Of a stretch of 64,000 nucleotides of DNA, positions 47,028-64,000 are shown piece after piece. This DNA comes from Eledone cirrhosa (lineage: Eukaryota). The position numbers were made by a program, and so were the translations under genes. Position 1 is the stretch's first letter. Each line of letters opens with the position of its first letter. The DNA is taken from positions 13,035 to 77,034 of the forward strand of contig CAXHJY010000403.1 of the NCBI GenBank assembly GCA_964016885.1, in the 5' to 3' direction. Below the pieces are notes generated by a model. That model had not been told where the DNA came from and did no database searches. It worked only from the letters and a program-made list of their open reading frames with translations.

Positions 47028-47348
47028 ATAAAGAATGAATAATAACAGGTAGACATCATAAAAAGGTAATTTATTCCGAGTGCTTACAAATGGTTCAAAA
47101 GTAGTTATTGGAGAAGATCTTCTCCAATAACTTCCTTTAAGAAATACAAGGGTATTTACATTTTAACCATTCTGCTCTGAGGAAATGGTAGTCGTAGCAT
47201 TTGAAAATTGAGTTTCTGCAATCAAATAATTATTAATTATCAATTGCACATAGCATAACTAGGCTGTATAACTACTGTTGAAACATTTGTAAGCACTCGG
47301 AATAAATTACCTTTTTATGATGCCTACCTGTTATTATTCATTCTTTAT
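47028..47348 (+). mobile_element. Fold-back element with large-loop HHR (47173-47295)
   Basis: Arms 47028-47108 and 47268-47348; tgct-CTGAGGA-aatggtagt...actactgtt-GAAAC-attt-GTA-agca, then AATAAA. Confidence 0.8.
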
Positions 47349-47407
47349 ATATATCTATATACCCATCTGCATTATTGAGGCTTCCAAAACGACTACTTTA
47401 TATATAT

Positions 47408-47484
<77 letters not shown>

Positions 47485-47954
47485 ACACCCCTGTATAGCT
47501 ATATGGATGTGTGGCCGCACGTCTACATATATGTATGCATGTATGTGCGTATACATACTTAGATATGTGAGTGTGTGAAATATTATCGATGTTAAACGGA
47601 AACAAATTATATTCTTTATATATATAATTTTCATAATTACATAAAGAAAAGTAGAATTTCTTGTTAATATTTTAGTTGAATTGCTTAACGTTCTTTTTGA
47701 AATTTGATTGTAAGCTAGGTTAATTAACCAAGGAGAAATAATTATAATTATTAGTAGGGAGATTTCACTCTCTTGTACGCGATGAACTTTAAAAGTTTTT
47801 TTCTTTCCTATTCCAAGCACTTGTATGTATGCGTCTATGCGCGCGTGTGTGTGTGTGTGTGTATGTGTGTGTGTGTGTGTGTGTGTACGCGTGTAGACTT
47901 TTAATAGGACAGACTGTAAAGTATAATACTCGAACTACTATTCAATTACATATA

Positions 47955-48130
47955 TCAATGGAGGTACTATTATATATAGTAATGGAACTTCTATTAGATA
48001 TAGTAAAGGAAGTACTTATATAGTAAAGGAGGGTTTAATTAGATATAGTAATGGAGGTTCTATTAGATATAGTAAAGGAGGGTTCTATTATATATAGTAA
48101 AGGAGGGTTCTATTGGATAGATGTAATGGT
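47955..48130. repeat. Degenerate minisatellite of about 25-27 bp
   Basis: atatagtaaWggagg(g)ttctatta repeated about six times. Confidence 0.8.
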
Positions 48131-48765
48131 GGATCTAAGAAGCTGAATATACCCTTGTAATCTTCTTAAGAACTAATGTTTTTGAGCAGTCCCAAACAGA
48201 CATCCTGTGGATCACTGGTGCAGGAGAAGAAATGGCAGGAAACTGTGTTGTTCATACCTTTTCTAGAGAGACGAAAGAGCGAATCATTATCTTCCCATGG
48301 GGTCGTAGGAGGTATCGCCCTGACACACGGTTAAACATGGACATTTTTTATATCTGACGGAGGAACCATCCCATTTTGGGTGTGATAGAGAGGGAGGTAG
48401 TGTGTGGGTGACTGTTACAAAGGAAGAACCATCACCTGCATTGGACTGGTACTCAAGTTAACGACCTTGTATGGGTGAAAGGCAAAGTTGACACCGGAGG
48501 AAGAATCAACTACAGTATTTAATTGGTACTCTATTTATCGACCTCCAAAATAATGAAAGTCAAGATTTGAGGTGAGAGTGTTGCGAGCTGGAAAAATACT
48601 GAAGCATGCTTAATTGGACACTAAAAAATTGTGTAGACTGATTACTGTCCTTTAAGAAGCAGCCAGTGTTTAAAAGACTTATATACATTGAAGTTGTGCC
48701 ACAGCAACAGTTTCAAAAACTGTTCTCTGCGCGCGCACTCACAAACATTCCATTATATATATATA

Positions 48766-49113
48766 TAGTGTTGTTCCCCGATATTCGCGGGGTTACGTTC
48801 CCAGAGCAGGTGATTAGCGAAAAACAGCGAATATTGGAGGTGGTCCATAAAAATGCCTATAAACGTCAAAATATAATAAAAAAAAGAAGGAGCGTATATG
48901 CGAAAGGGCGTGCAATAGACCGGCAAATACGGTATATTGTTATTAATAATTGAGCGTTAAAAATATATATATATTGCCACGAAAAAAGCCATTAAAAAAT
49001 CACAGAAGATATTTACGATTCCTCGATATGTGGTGGTTTTCACGATCATTTGTTAGTTAGGTTCTAAGTAAAAGTCAGCGAATAACCGGGACCGCCAATG
49101 CCGGTTACTACAT

Positions 49114-49117
<4 letters not shown>
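48766..49117. mobile_element. Tigger/pogo-like MITE, decayed
   Basis: ta|tagtgttgttccccgatattcgcgggg...cagcgaata...actacattg|ta; TA flanks. Confidence 0.5.
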
Positions 49118-49146
<29 letters not shown>

Positions 49147-49672
49147 AATGGGGAGAGGAAGCACACGAGTTAGGATATATATATATGAAAACAGGGAGAA
49201 AGAGACGATTATTAGGAAGAAAAATATAGCACCCTTGCTATATTAACACATTTTGATCTGCTTAACTTCAAGGACTATGCCTGTAAATAACATTATTTTT
49301 TCTTTCACATTGACTTTTTATGCTCTACATTATGCCCCTTTTATTCTTTTCACTTCATAAACCTTGTTTGTAAATAACATTATTCTTTCTGCACCATTTC
49401 TTTAACATGTGCAACACCACCATTCTACACCAATACATATCACTATCATTTGATAATGCATAAAAATGCTGAAACCGACAATAGACAATTATTAAATATA
49501 TAAATAGATAAATAAATCAACTAATACCTTAACACTTGACACAAAGTAAAACATTTCGTTTTAATCATGTTCTAACCCAGAAAAAGAGGGAGGGAGAGAG
49601 AGAGAGAGAGAGAGATAAAAAAGGAAAAAAAAAAAAAGTTTTTCTTTCTAATAATCGTCTCTTTCTCCCCGT

Positions 49673-49745
<73 letters not shown>

Positions 49746-50134
49746 ATATCTTGAAAAGGTAACACACCAGAGAGAGATAGATATAAAGTGCGCTTCAATT
49801 TATCGTGATATATATATATACACACACACAGAGCAGGAAAAAGACTTGTTTTTTTGTGACTAGTGTAACACAATCATGTCAGCGTAGAATCTACAAATAC
49901 ACACTCAGACACACATATATATAGGGTGTATATAAAATGAACGCTATGTTTTTAAAGAATGCATATAAAATGTATTGAAACCATAAAGTTGCCGTCCCTA
50001 CAAATTTTAGCTGCCTACGTTTGAGTTGGATTTGTCTACATGATAAGTCTTAAAACTTAATCTTGCATATCGAAGATTTTCTCTTTTTGAAGAGCGGTAG
50101 CAGCAGCCATCTTGTCAGAGACGCCACTCTCATT

Positions 50135-52732
<2,598 letters not shown>

Positions 52733-53111
52733 ACATGTTTTAAGACTGGTACAATGTTATCACATGACAAATTATATATATATATATGGGGGGGGGGGGG
52801 GGCTAGCCTGTCTTCTCTCCAGCAAATTTCTTTCAGGGAAGGATCTAGAGTGAGAGAATGTATGTGAGAAAGAGATACAGAGGAAGAATTGACCCCAGAA
52901 CAAGATATCGAATGCATGAAAGGCAAAGTTGACCTCTTCGCGATTTGAACTCAGTGTCGAAACGAATACCGCAAAGCATTCTATCTGACGTTCTAATGAC
53001 TGCCAGTTTGTCGTATATATGTGTGTGTGTGTGTGTGTGTATTGTATAAATACGTGTGTGTGTGTGTGTATATATATTGTATAAATATATGTGTGCGTGT
53101 ATGTATATATA

Positions 53112-53805
53112 TCATAATCTATAAAGCTCAGTGTGTGGTCATGCTCCTTCGTTATAGAAATCTACGATATAGAATTTCTTCAATTGAAATTTACAATTCA
53201 TTATTCGAAATAGCTTCGATTGCGTCTTGACGCAGATAATTTTTTCAATTTCACCTACAATTACGCAAAAAATAGATAAAACTCAATATTTTACGATTTT
53301 TCTCTCTCATTTAAACTGCTGAACTCTTTCTACTACCATTCAAAATCTATACAACTTCATACTTTCTGCTACTTTCTCTTTCCAAGCTTGATGGAGATAC
53401 TGTCCGTTCACACCACTCCCTACTGTCTTAAATTTAGAAAACACATATCCTCTATGAGGTCACTAAACCTGCTAGAAACAACAGCTAACTCTCCCTCATA
53501 TCACAACCCTCCCTACTGTCTTAAATTTAGAAAACACAGACAACCATGCAGAACTCCATCGCAGCTTTGTTGTTCGGCTGGCATCGTCTACGTGCGTGTT
53601 GCGCAAGTACTGTGAAACAATAAATTTCAACACTTTTTTGCACAGAGATAATATCCATAGGCGAAACTACAATTGTCACTGCTGGCGCAGCTCATGCTTC
53701 CAGGTCTGCAATTCATTCACCCAAAAAAGTGCTGCCATAAAATGGGTGGTGCAACCTAACTTTGGTAACTTAATGACCCCGAGCAACGCCGGGCTTTAAT
53801 GCTAG
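53112..53805 (+). mobile_element. Non-autonomous Helitron
   Basis: A|TCataatctataaag start; 3' cccgagcaacgccggg hairpin then CTAG|T; same 3' end as 62023-62656. Confidence 0.7.
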
Positions 53806-54093
53806 TATTGTATAAATATATGTGTGTGTGTGTGTATGTATATATATATTGTATAAATATATATTTATGTGTGTGTATATATATATTGTGTGTGTGTGTG
53901 TGTATATATATGTGTATATGTTTATATATATACACAATATATATATATACATACATATACATATATTTATATATATATACATATACATATATATATATAT
54001 ATACATATATTTATATATATATACATATATACATATACATATATATATATATATACATATATTTATATATATATACATATATACATATACATA

Positions 54094-54131
<38 letters not shown>

Positions 54132-54133
<2 letters not shown>

Positions 54134-54504
54134 CGATATTAAATAAATGGAAACTATATTTATAAAACCATATTTATTTCATTATATATATTTCAGGGAT
54201 ATCATATTAACAATATGCTATGCCTTCCTCAGACAAAATACAATATAGACAGTTTTATAGATAAATAGATTTGACATACCGTTCAACATCGACTTGTATT
54301 TGAAAAGTTGATTTGACTGCCAAATCAACTTTTCAAATACAAGTCGATGTTGAACGGTATGTCAAATCTATTTATCTATAAAACTGTCTATATTGTATTT
54401 TGTCTGAGGAAGGCATAGCATATTGTTAATATGATATCCCTGAAATATATATAATGAAATAAATATGGTTTTATAAATATAGTTTCCATTTATTTAATAT
54501 CGTA
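54132..54504. repeat. Perfect 184-bp-arm palindrome with 5-nt loop (actgc)
   Basis: 54132-54315 versus 54321-54504, no mismatch seen by eye. Confidence 0.95.
54396..54461 (+). ncRNA. Type I hammerhead (mirror copy at 54175-54240, minus strand)
   Basis: tattttgt-CTGAGGA-aggcatagcatatt gtt aatatgatatccct-GAAAT-atat-ATA-atgaaata; U15.2-A16.2 covariation; AATAAA overlaps the 3' arm. Confidence 0.7.
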
Positions 54505-54617
54505 AATATACTCCAAATACTTGTCGAGTGCTTTTATATCAGTTATAAATATTTACTAGTTGTAACCCAACAATTTAAATATAACTTTCCATATATATAT
54601 ACACATATATATATATA

Positions 54618-54648
<31 letters not shown>

Positions 54649-54654
54649 ATACAT

Positions 54655-54708
<54 letters not shown>

Positions 54709-54820
54709 ATACACATATATATATATATACATATATATACATATACATATACATACACACATATATATATATACATATATATATACATACATATACATAC
54801 ATATACATATATATATATAC

Positions 54821-54905
<85 letters not shown>

Positions 54906-54912
54906 CATATAC

Positions 54913-54977
<65 letters not shown>

Positions 54978-55904
54978 TATATACATATACATATATATAT
55001 ATATACATATACACATATACATATATATATATATATACATATATATATACATATACATATATATATATATATACACATATACAATATATATACACACACA
55101 CACACATATATACGACAAACTGGCAGTCATTAGAACGTCAGATAGAATGCTTTGCGGTATTCGTTTCGACACTGAGTTCAAATCGCGCAGAGGTCAACTT
55201 TGCCTTTCATGCATTCGAGATCTTGTTCTGGGGTCAATTCTTCCTCTGTATCTCTTTCTCACATACATTCTCTCACTCTAGATCCTTCCCTGAAAGAAAT
55301 TTGCTGGAGAGAAGACAGGCTAGCCTCCCCCCCCCCCCATATATATATATATAATTTGTCATGTGATAACATTGTACCAGTCTTAAAACATGTTTCTCTC
55401 TCTCTGGTAGGAGTTTAACGTCACACTGATTTTGTACATAAACTATTCACACTTTAGATGTGTCTATCATTCTGGGTTTTCATTGAGAGTATTATAACGA
55501 TTAAATTGTTAGTCTTTTTTTGTTTTTGTATCTTAGGAAACAACGAAAAAAAGAAATGTTAACTAAATTCAATTTTTAGTAATAAATACTGCTTTAAAAA
55601 AAATTGCACTTTCTTTTTTATTCAGATACCCACCCACTCACCCGACAGGGACAGAATATGATGCCTGGATAACATTTTTGTCTTGTTTGTTTGTTGTCGA
55701 CAACGGAAAGATGGAGACTACGAAAACTACGAATACTTAATATGGTTCATCACCTATTTCTTGTGATGAGCTCTGACTTCTCTGCTAGCTGTTACTATCA
55801 ACGGTTGTTTCCAATTTCACACACACTGACTCTATAGGTCGTTACAGAGTGAAGGGAGAAGAATATACCGGAAACTGAACACTATAAATAGGATGTTTTA
55901 AAAG

Positions 55905-55974
<70 letters not shown>

Positions 55975-57026
55975 CACACATATATATATATATATATACA
56001 CATGTAACACAGAAGAATCTCAATAAAACTAGTCTTTTGGTTTATCAAATTATAAACACTGACTTCGTTTTATAAGTAGATCTAGTTTCTGTGCCTTTCG
56101 GAGACTGACCAAATGCAAATAAAAGTGTTCCGACAGCACAGTCATGCCGATTGCCGTATTATTTTATTCTTGCTTTTTATTACTTTTAGACAGGGAGAGG
56201 AGGGCAGAGACCATGGGCCTCTTTCAGGAACTCTGATTCTGATGAGAAGGAACGAAGCTACCTTCAAACTACCTGAATGCTTGCAGCAGTGTATATTCTG
56301 TTAAAGATATTAAAAATGTCAAGTAGCAGTGTTAAACCGGATGGCGTATTAAAACTGAACCGTATTTGTGGACTACAATGGTATTTGGACTCTGAACACA
56401 AAAGAACCAGAACAAATACCGTAAGGCATCTCGTCCAACACCATCACTACGCTCCTATAACCGGTACTTTATTTTATCCACCTTCCCCACTTTCTCGAAA
56501 CAACGACAGGTGAAGTTGATCTTTGAAAATTTTGAGCGTAGAACACAGAAATATAATAAAGTATTTTTCCTACACTCTAACGACTCTACCAATTCGTGTG
56601 TGTGGGGGGCGGTATTGTTCAAAGTCTTGTAACGAGTTTCACTTCCACATATTTAATCCATGATCTTGATGCTAATCCACTACTTGATAGGATAGCAATT
56701 TGGCCGTCAGCAATTCCTACATACTTAGCCTGGTTAGAGGTTAAATAACGTCAGTGCCACTGTATTTCTTTTGTAAATGACTGACTATTCCACAGACGCG
56801 TGTACTGATAACGTAATTCTTAGGGAAATTCAACATGACAGTGTGTGTTTGACAAGACTGGGACTTTGAATTACAGATACAGTCAATCCGATGAACTTCC
56901 CCAATGTCACTCACAAGACATGCGCCATCTTAAGTCTATGGTAAATGACACTTACCAAAGATGCCACGCAGTGGAATTGAACTCTGTAACTAATGATTAT
57001 GAAGTGACTTTTTTAACCATTCTACC

Positions 57027-57119
<93 letters not shown>

Positions 57120-58219
57120 AGTATCTAACTATCAAGTTTTCATGTTGATGGCATCAAACTTAAGATTAACTAAAGAATACTTTAAAAAAAACTCTTTGGA
57201 TAATATTTCCCCATCCTACCCGCCCCATTTTATTATCGGAGTGGGAGACAAGAGTTGAGGTAGGGTATAAACTATAAAAGCTGTAAAACAGTAAAATTAG
57301 TTACTTCTTTTTATGTTTGTATTTATTTTCTTATTTATTTCGCTGTTTGTTTGTTTGTTTTTCTAGGAATCCGTTTTAAATTGTTGCTGGAATCATTTCA
57401 TTAGATATCAGAACAAATAAAGTAATTGGCTCTGTTATGTTAAGCACGGCAAACGACGTAAAACTATATGTTATGTTTGTATGTATGTGCACACACACAC
57501 ACACATTATATTTATATATACACACATATGTGTGTGTGTGTGTGTGTGTGTATCTCCACCAACACATACACACACACATAATGACTGATAAATAAGGCTT
57601 TCCTATAATTTTACAAAGGTGACTTATATTTATTTGTTAATGTCAGAGATACTACCACAAATGGTATATATATACCATCTGATTAATGTCTTGGAGACGG
57701 AATATTATTGGTTCCAGACGCGGTGGTGTGGGGATGATGGTGGTAGTGGTGTTAGTGATGATGGAGATGAAGGTAGTGGTGGTGATAGAGGTAGCATATA
57801 CAACGATTATTTAAATCATTTACAAATGGTAAAGAAACTAATGCTCTTCAGATTCCGGGTGGGACATTTTATATAAAACTTATGGGAAATTGCAGGTGGG
57901 AAATTGTGCTTGGGACATTGCCTGATGGGACATTTTATATAAAATCGCTTGTCTTTTCTCTTTTTCTTGGCAGACAGAGAGAGTAGAAACAGAAAGAAAG
58001 ATAGAAACATGCATAAAAGGAAAGAAAGCGGGGTTGGGTAGAGATATAGATAGCAGGAGAGACTGAGCAGGATGTAAGAAATATGAAGGTCTCTAGTAGA
58101 GTAGGAGAGAGAAAGAGTGTGTGAGGAGATGGAAGTCTAGTAGAGTTGGTACAACATCTCAACACGTCTCATTTGATTTTGCTACCATTTATGTGGCAAA
58201 GGAATTATCGAGGTTCTTC

Positions 58220-59103
58220 TCTACCGGAAGGATAATTTCGTTTGCAGTTACTCTCTACTGGAAGGATAACCTCATTAACAGTTCTCTATTGGAAGGATAA
58301 CCTCATTATCAGTTATTCTCAAGTGGAAGGATAACCTCATTATCAGTTATTCTCTATTGGAAGGACAACCTCATTCAGTTATTCTCAAGTGGAAGGATAA
58401 CCTCATTATCAGTTATTCTCTATTGGAAGTATAACCTCATTATCAGTTATTCTCTATTGGAAGGATAACCTCATTCAGTTATTGTCAAGTGGAAGGATGA
58501 CTTCATTAACAGTTATTCTCTATTGGAAGGATAACCTCATTCAGTTATTCTCTAATGGAATGATAACCTCATTAACAGTTATTCTCTATTGGAAGGATAA
58601 CCTCATTCAGTTATTGTCAAGTGGAAGGATGACCTCATTAACAGTTATTCTCTATTGGAAGGATAACCTCATTCAGTTATTCTCTAATGGAAGATGACCT
58701 CATTAACAGTTATTCTCTATTGGAAGGATAACCTCATTCAGTTATTCTCTAATGGAAGGATAACCTCATTAACAGTTATTCTCTATTGGAAGGATAACGG
58801 CATTCAGTTATTCTCTAATGGAAGGATAACCTCATTAACAGTTATTCTCTATTGGAAGGATAACCTCATTCAGTTATTGTCAAGTGGAAGGATAACCTCA
58901 TTAAGTTATTCTCTATTGGAAGGATAACCTAACCTCATTATCAGTTATTCTCAAGTGGAAGGATAACCTCATTATCAGTTATTCTCTATTGGAAGGATAA
59001 CCTCACTCAGTTATTCTCTAATGGAAGGATGACCTCATTAACAGTTATTCTCTATTGGAAGGATAACCCCATTCAGTGATTCCCTCCGGAAAGGATGACC
59101 TCA
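58220..59103. repeat. 32/34-bp minisatellite with a 66-bp higher-order unit
   Basis: cagttattctctaWtggaaggataacctcatt(aa) alternating lengths. Confidence 0.93.
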
Positions 59104-60637
59104 ATGGCTGAAGAAGTATAAAAACAAACTCATAGAAAAAAGAAACAGCAAATAATTCTTAATTTCTTTTTCATCTCTCCCCACTTATGTTGGTTTAGTT
59201 GTTGATTTAGTTGTTTCAATAGCAAATATATATATATATATACATTTGCTATATATATATACAAAAAAGGAGGTGGGTGGAACGTGGTTGGGTGTGTGGG
59301 CAGGAAAGACAAATTTCTTTCTCCATCAATGTCTGTGGTATTTATTGTAAGTATTTGTCATCTGTTGTACTCCTTTCTCACTGATTCACACACACACGTA
59401 TGTAGGTGTATGTTTACTTATGTATGTGCACTCACGTGTAAATATAAATAATAAAAACGTACGTATTTTATATAATTACATATCTATAGAAATATACACT
59501 TCCCATATATATGTGTGTGTGGGGTGGGGGTGGGGGTGCGCGCGTGCATCGATTTCTTCCAAAGAAGAAAGATGAAGGAAGAAAGAAAGAAGAATTGATC
59601 ACTGGTACTGGACTAGTACTTTGATTATCCATCCTGAAAGCAGCGAGACAAAATGAATACTGCAAAGCATTCTATCCGACGTCCCAACAACGTTGGCTTT
59701 CCGCCATCTATCACTGTGTATATGTACGTTGAACCTCTGTCTGTTCCGAGTGCACATGTTCGTTAAATGGAACAGCCATTTCATGAAATGAACGTTCAAA
59801 TGAGCTGAGTATTCCACAGACACGTGTATCCTTCATCTAATTCTCAGGGAGATTCGATGTACTACAGTATGTGACAAGAATGTAACCTTTCAATTACATG
59901 TACAGTCCATCTTGTAATACAGTGCAAGTGACTGAATACTCCACAGACACGTGTATCCTTTATGTAATTCTCAGGGAGATTCAGAGTAACAGCGTGTGCC
60001 AAGGCTGACACTTTGAATTACAGGTAGAGTCCATCCGACAGGCTTCTAAACAGTTTCTGTCAACTCAATTTCACTGACAAGGACAGGATCGACTCGGGGC
60101 TATAGTAAATGACACTTGCCTAAAATGTCAGGTAGTACTGATGAATCTAATGATTACTGTAACAACACCTGAGGACTTGTGTTCAGTGTTTGTAGGTGGG
60201 TGTAAGACCGACAGTTAATTAGGTTTAATGAAAGACTCCCTAATGAACTGATGAGCAGGACAATAAGAACAAGGACACCAACAACAATAAACATAAACTA
60301 AAGATATTAAGTATGTAGTTAAATTGCTCTAAAGAAGGTCAACAATTTAACATCAAAGGAGAGATACCTTCACCCGTTGCCTACGGCTGCAGCGTATGCG
60401 TGTTAGCTGCTGTTGCTGCTGGTGTAGGTGGTTGTGGTGGTGATTGTGGTGCTGATGGATATAAGTAGTAGTGTATTTATTGCTACATATATATCCATAT
60501 ATAACCATAAAAACGGTCTAAGATTGACTGTAGGACCCTATGTCTTATAATATCTACATTCTACTTTCCTTAAAGTATGGACTACTAAGACTAAAAATAG
60601 TCTTACTGGTCATAATTAGTAACATCTTATTCACACG

Positions 60638-60817
60638 TGGATTGGCAGTATCGGTAGAGGGTCGGACGCCATGCTTTGAAGCATAGAGTTACCTCCCTGT
60701 ATGATCTGAGTTCAAATCCCGCCGAGGTTAACTTTGCCTTTCATCCTTACGGGGTCGATAAAATAAAGTAGCAGTAATGCACTGGGTAATTGCTGGCCTT
60801 GTGCCAAAAGTAGAAAC

Positions 60818-60821
<4 letters not shown>
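60638..60821 (+). mobile_element. tRNA-derived SINE, full length
   Basis: A box tggcagtatcggtag, B box gagttcaaatccc, Nin/Deu-like core, tail into (TA)n. Confidence 0.92.
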
Positions 60822-60855
<34 letters not shown>

Positions 60856-61351
60856 TTGTAGTTCTTGTGTTATTTTTCTCTTGTTGACTTTTCTTTATAT
60901 GCATGTGTGTGTATGTTCATTGACTTAGAGAGGGACCAATAAAATAACTGACAAACTTGAACATTACTAGCGTCGTTATGATCAATTAAATTCCTTGAGA
61001 CAGTACCCCAGTACGTCTCAAACTCACCACACCTCTTTTCACATTTGGTGTTAGAAATATATTATGAAAAAAACCCGGAATAATTGGTTCACCATCCCTT
61101 CAACATGCACCACATTCAGAATCACTGAGTAGAGGTCGTAAAGATGGTTGGATGTGATTTGACTGGTATTTCTAGCTTGTCCAACAGTTCTTAACCAGTT
61201 TCACTCCCTGCGGCACCTCAAAATATTTTATTCTACCCCCATTTCAATATAAAAACGTGCTAGAAATATATTATGTAACATTTGGGGGACATCTCCACTC
61301 CCCACCCACACATTCACACTGTTCTCTTATAATATGTGCGATCCATGTGTG

Positions 61352-62325
61352 TATAATCACCTGACGATGATCAAGATATAAATCATTTCTAACTTAGATT
61401 AAATATGATGTCGGACCGTTTTAAACTTTAAACCTTTTGAGACCAACTCGCCCGAAACCACCCCTGGTTCTTTGAGACAAAACACTTTTTTTAAAGTGTT
61501 TATATTTATCTAAAAAATCTTCTATCATATTTTATGTATGAACCTTTGTAAAGTTATGTTACAAACCAGCAATTTAATAACGGGAAAGTAACTTAGTTAC
61601 AATACTAAACTCCAGATACTCGAATAGTTTGAAAACCAAACGTAGTGTCTTTCATTAGGCAAAGGTGGTAGACTCAACCCGTTGCCTGGTTTAATACCAA
61701 CATTTAGTCCTTGGGTGTCTTTAACAAAGTCCACACTTTGTAGCAAGCATGCTATTTAGGGACAATGCCAACCCTTTCTCTCACCACCAGTGTTGGAGGC
61801 ATTGAAAATGAAGAATCATGCTTGCCGCCATCCTGATACACGGTGTACCATGGGTATTTCAAATTCAGCCAAAGCCCAACCCTTTTCAGGAACTAGACAT
61901 TAAAAAAAAAAGAAGGAAGTTTGTGAAATTTGAAAACATACTGAACTAGAATAATTTAAAATTTTCCAACTATTAACATTATTGTATTTAGCGAAGTAGC
62001 GATGTAAGTACAGAGACGAATATCTATATATCTAAAACAGAGAATGTCTGTCGGTCTGACTCCCTAACATTCGAGAACCACCCAATCGATTTTTTTAAAA
62101 CTTTACACATGTAACACTTATGGTCCTGTGAGTGTTTTGAGAACATTTTTGAGAAAATTTTCAATGCCCTAGGAACCGCATTAGGCGATTTAGCGATCTC
62201 GCTCTATAATTCTTAGTCTTTCTTTTTAGATAGATACATAGATATAACGTTGCGCCCTTATAATATCTGTCTGTATGTCTGACTGTCTGCATTATGACGT
62301 AGCTGTGTGTGTGTGTGTGTGTGTA

Positions 62326-62390
<65 letters not shown>

Positions 62391-62914
62391 TGAAACGTTT
62401 TTCAAAATATTTACTTCTGCGTTCACAGATTGATTTTTTTGGTTTCAGAAGATCCCGTTAAGGGTGAAAGCAGCGATTCTTTGCTTAAACTTTAATCTGT
62501 TATTTTAATATATATATATATTCGTGTACAGATATTTTTGCATACACAATAACAAAATATAAGCAAACGTATTTATTTCACGAGGCTCGATAAGGATAAA
62601 TATATATCAAATATATGAGAGAGCAAATCCCGAGCAACGCCGGGCCATTCTGCTAGTACATAACTAAAAAAGATACAATGACGCCGAAACACGCTTGGCT
62701 TTGTTGTCTCCCTTACTTGCCGCGATAATTACAACATAACGAGTTACTGACTAATATTACATTCCCCTTACAATATAATTGTATGTAATTAACTATTTAA
62801 TTACTCCCAGCATGAAATACGGTAATATTGGCTTTACCAATTAACATTGTCCGACATCATATTTAATCTTAACGTTAGAATGGTTTATATCTTGATCACC
62901 ATCAGGTGATTATA
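61352..62914. repeat. 65-bp imperfect inverted repeats 1.4 kb apart (61352-61416 and 62849-62914)
   Basis: tataatcacctgacgatgatcaagatataaa...gatgtcggac versus gtccgacatc...tatatcttgatcaccatcaggtgattata. Confidence 0.85.
62023..62656 (+). mobile_element. Non-autonomous Helitron
   Basis: A|TCtatatatctaaaa...cccgagcaacgccggg...CTAG|T. Confidence 0.78.
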
Positions 62915-63046
62915 TTCAAACATACCCATATATATCATTTCACACACACTCACACATATATATATATATTATATATATACGCACAGATACATAAATACAT
63001 ACACATATATATATATACATACATATATATACATATATATACCCAC

Positions 63047-63085
<39 letters not shown>

Positions 63086-64000
63086 TATATTTACAAACAG
63101 ACATGCATATGTACATTCACATTTATATACATACATCAAAAATATATATACATATATAAACATATAAGCAGATATTAGTGTATGCGTATATATGTATGTG
63201 TTTGTCAGTCTGTGTATGTGTATAGACGTAACATGTCTGAGAGGTTAAGGAGATCTCTTCTTAACTATTCGGTTCAGTTTCACATGTTGGTCAAATGGCT
63301 TTTACCATAACATCGAGTTGACCAATGCCTTACGAGTGGAATTTAGTAGATGGAAAACTCAAGATACTGGTCGCACCAACGTCTGTAGTTTTCTCTTGTA
63401 ACATAGCGGTGCGATAAAAAGAAATCGATAAAATAAGTACTGGGGACGATATACTCAAGCAAATCAAGTCGGTGCCCCGACGTGACCGAAAAGAATGTAT
63501 ATATGCACACACATGTACATGTACATATGCACACACAAACATATATATATGCACACACATGTACATATATATATGCACACACATACATATATATATATAT
63601 ATGGACACACATACACATATATATGCACACACATGTACATATATATATATGCACACACATGTAGGTGTATATATATGCACACATATACACAAATATATGC
63701 ACACACACATATACATATATGCACACACATATACATATATATGCACACACATACACATATACATGTACATATATATACACACACACGCGCACACATATAT
63801 CAGACAGACAGGAAGATTATATATATATATATATATATAAATATCTTCCACTCTTTCTACATGTCTGTGTATGTGTTTAGGTATGTAAGCAGGCTCTTAT
63901 ATTTCTATATCTGTCCGTAATGCAATCGGATATATGTTTGTGTGTATGGTAAATATATATGTGTGTGTTTGTGTGTATGTAAATATATATACATGTGTGT

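Larger units (their letters stand above)
52733..55393. repeat. Inverted duplication of about 300 bp of local DNA (52733-53036 and 55093-55393)
   Basis: Arms include unique sequence, a G-tract and an old SINE piece; about two substitutions seen. Confidence 0.92.

Overview
Eukaryotic, extremely repeat-rich non-coding DNA. The repeat content (tRNA-headed Nin/Deu-core SINEs, CR1, RTE, Tx1, Vingi-like and R4-like LINE fragments, kilobase (TA)n/(TACA)n arrays) is most consistent with an octopus/coleoid cephalopod genome; this is inference only. No host protein-coding exon is evident, and nearly all listed ORFs are microsatellite artefacts. The real coding remnants are retroelements, notably a Penelope-like element (PLE; RT plus C-terminal GIY-YIG, about 580 open codons, minus strand) with a hammerhead ribozyme (HHR) downstream. 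Main discovery, read by eye: about a dozen type I HHR motifs (7 with canonical or compensated cores, the rest variant or decayed) lie in short, mutually dissimilar non-coding elements, mostly in or next to microsatellites. Many share one architecture: an inverted copy of the element's own 3' tail placed 5' of the HHR, forming a long fold-back hairpin. One such fold-back carries a PLE endonuclease C-terminus instead, tying the architecture to PLE machinery. This looks like a dense, diverse retrozyme-like population with its likely autonomous mobiliser in the same window. A strong AG|GTAAGT recursive-splice-site candidate on the minus strand suggests the window lies inside a very long intron. 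All folds and alignments were done by eye and need computational confirmation.
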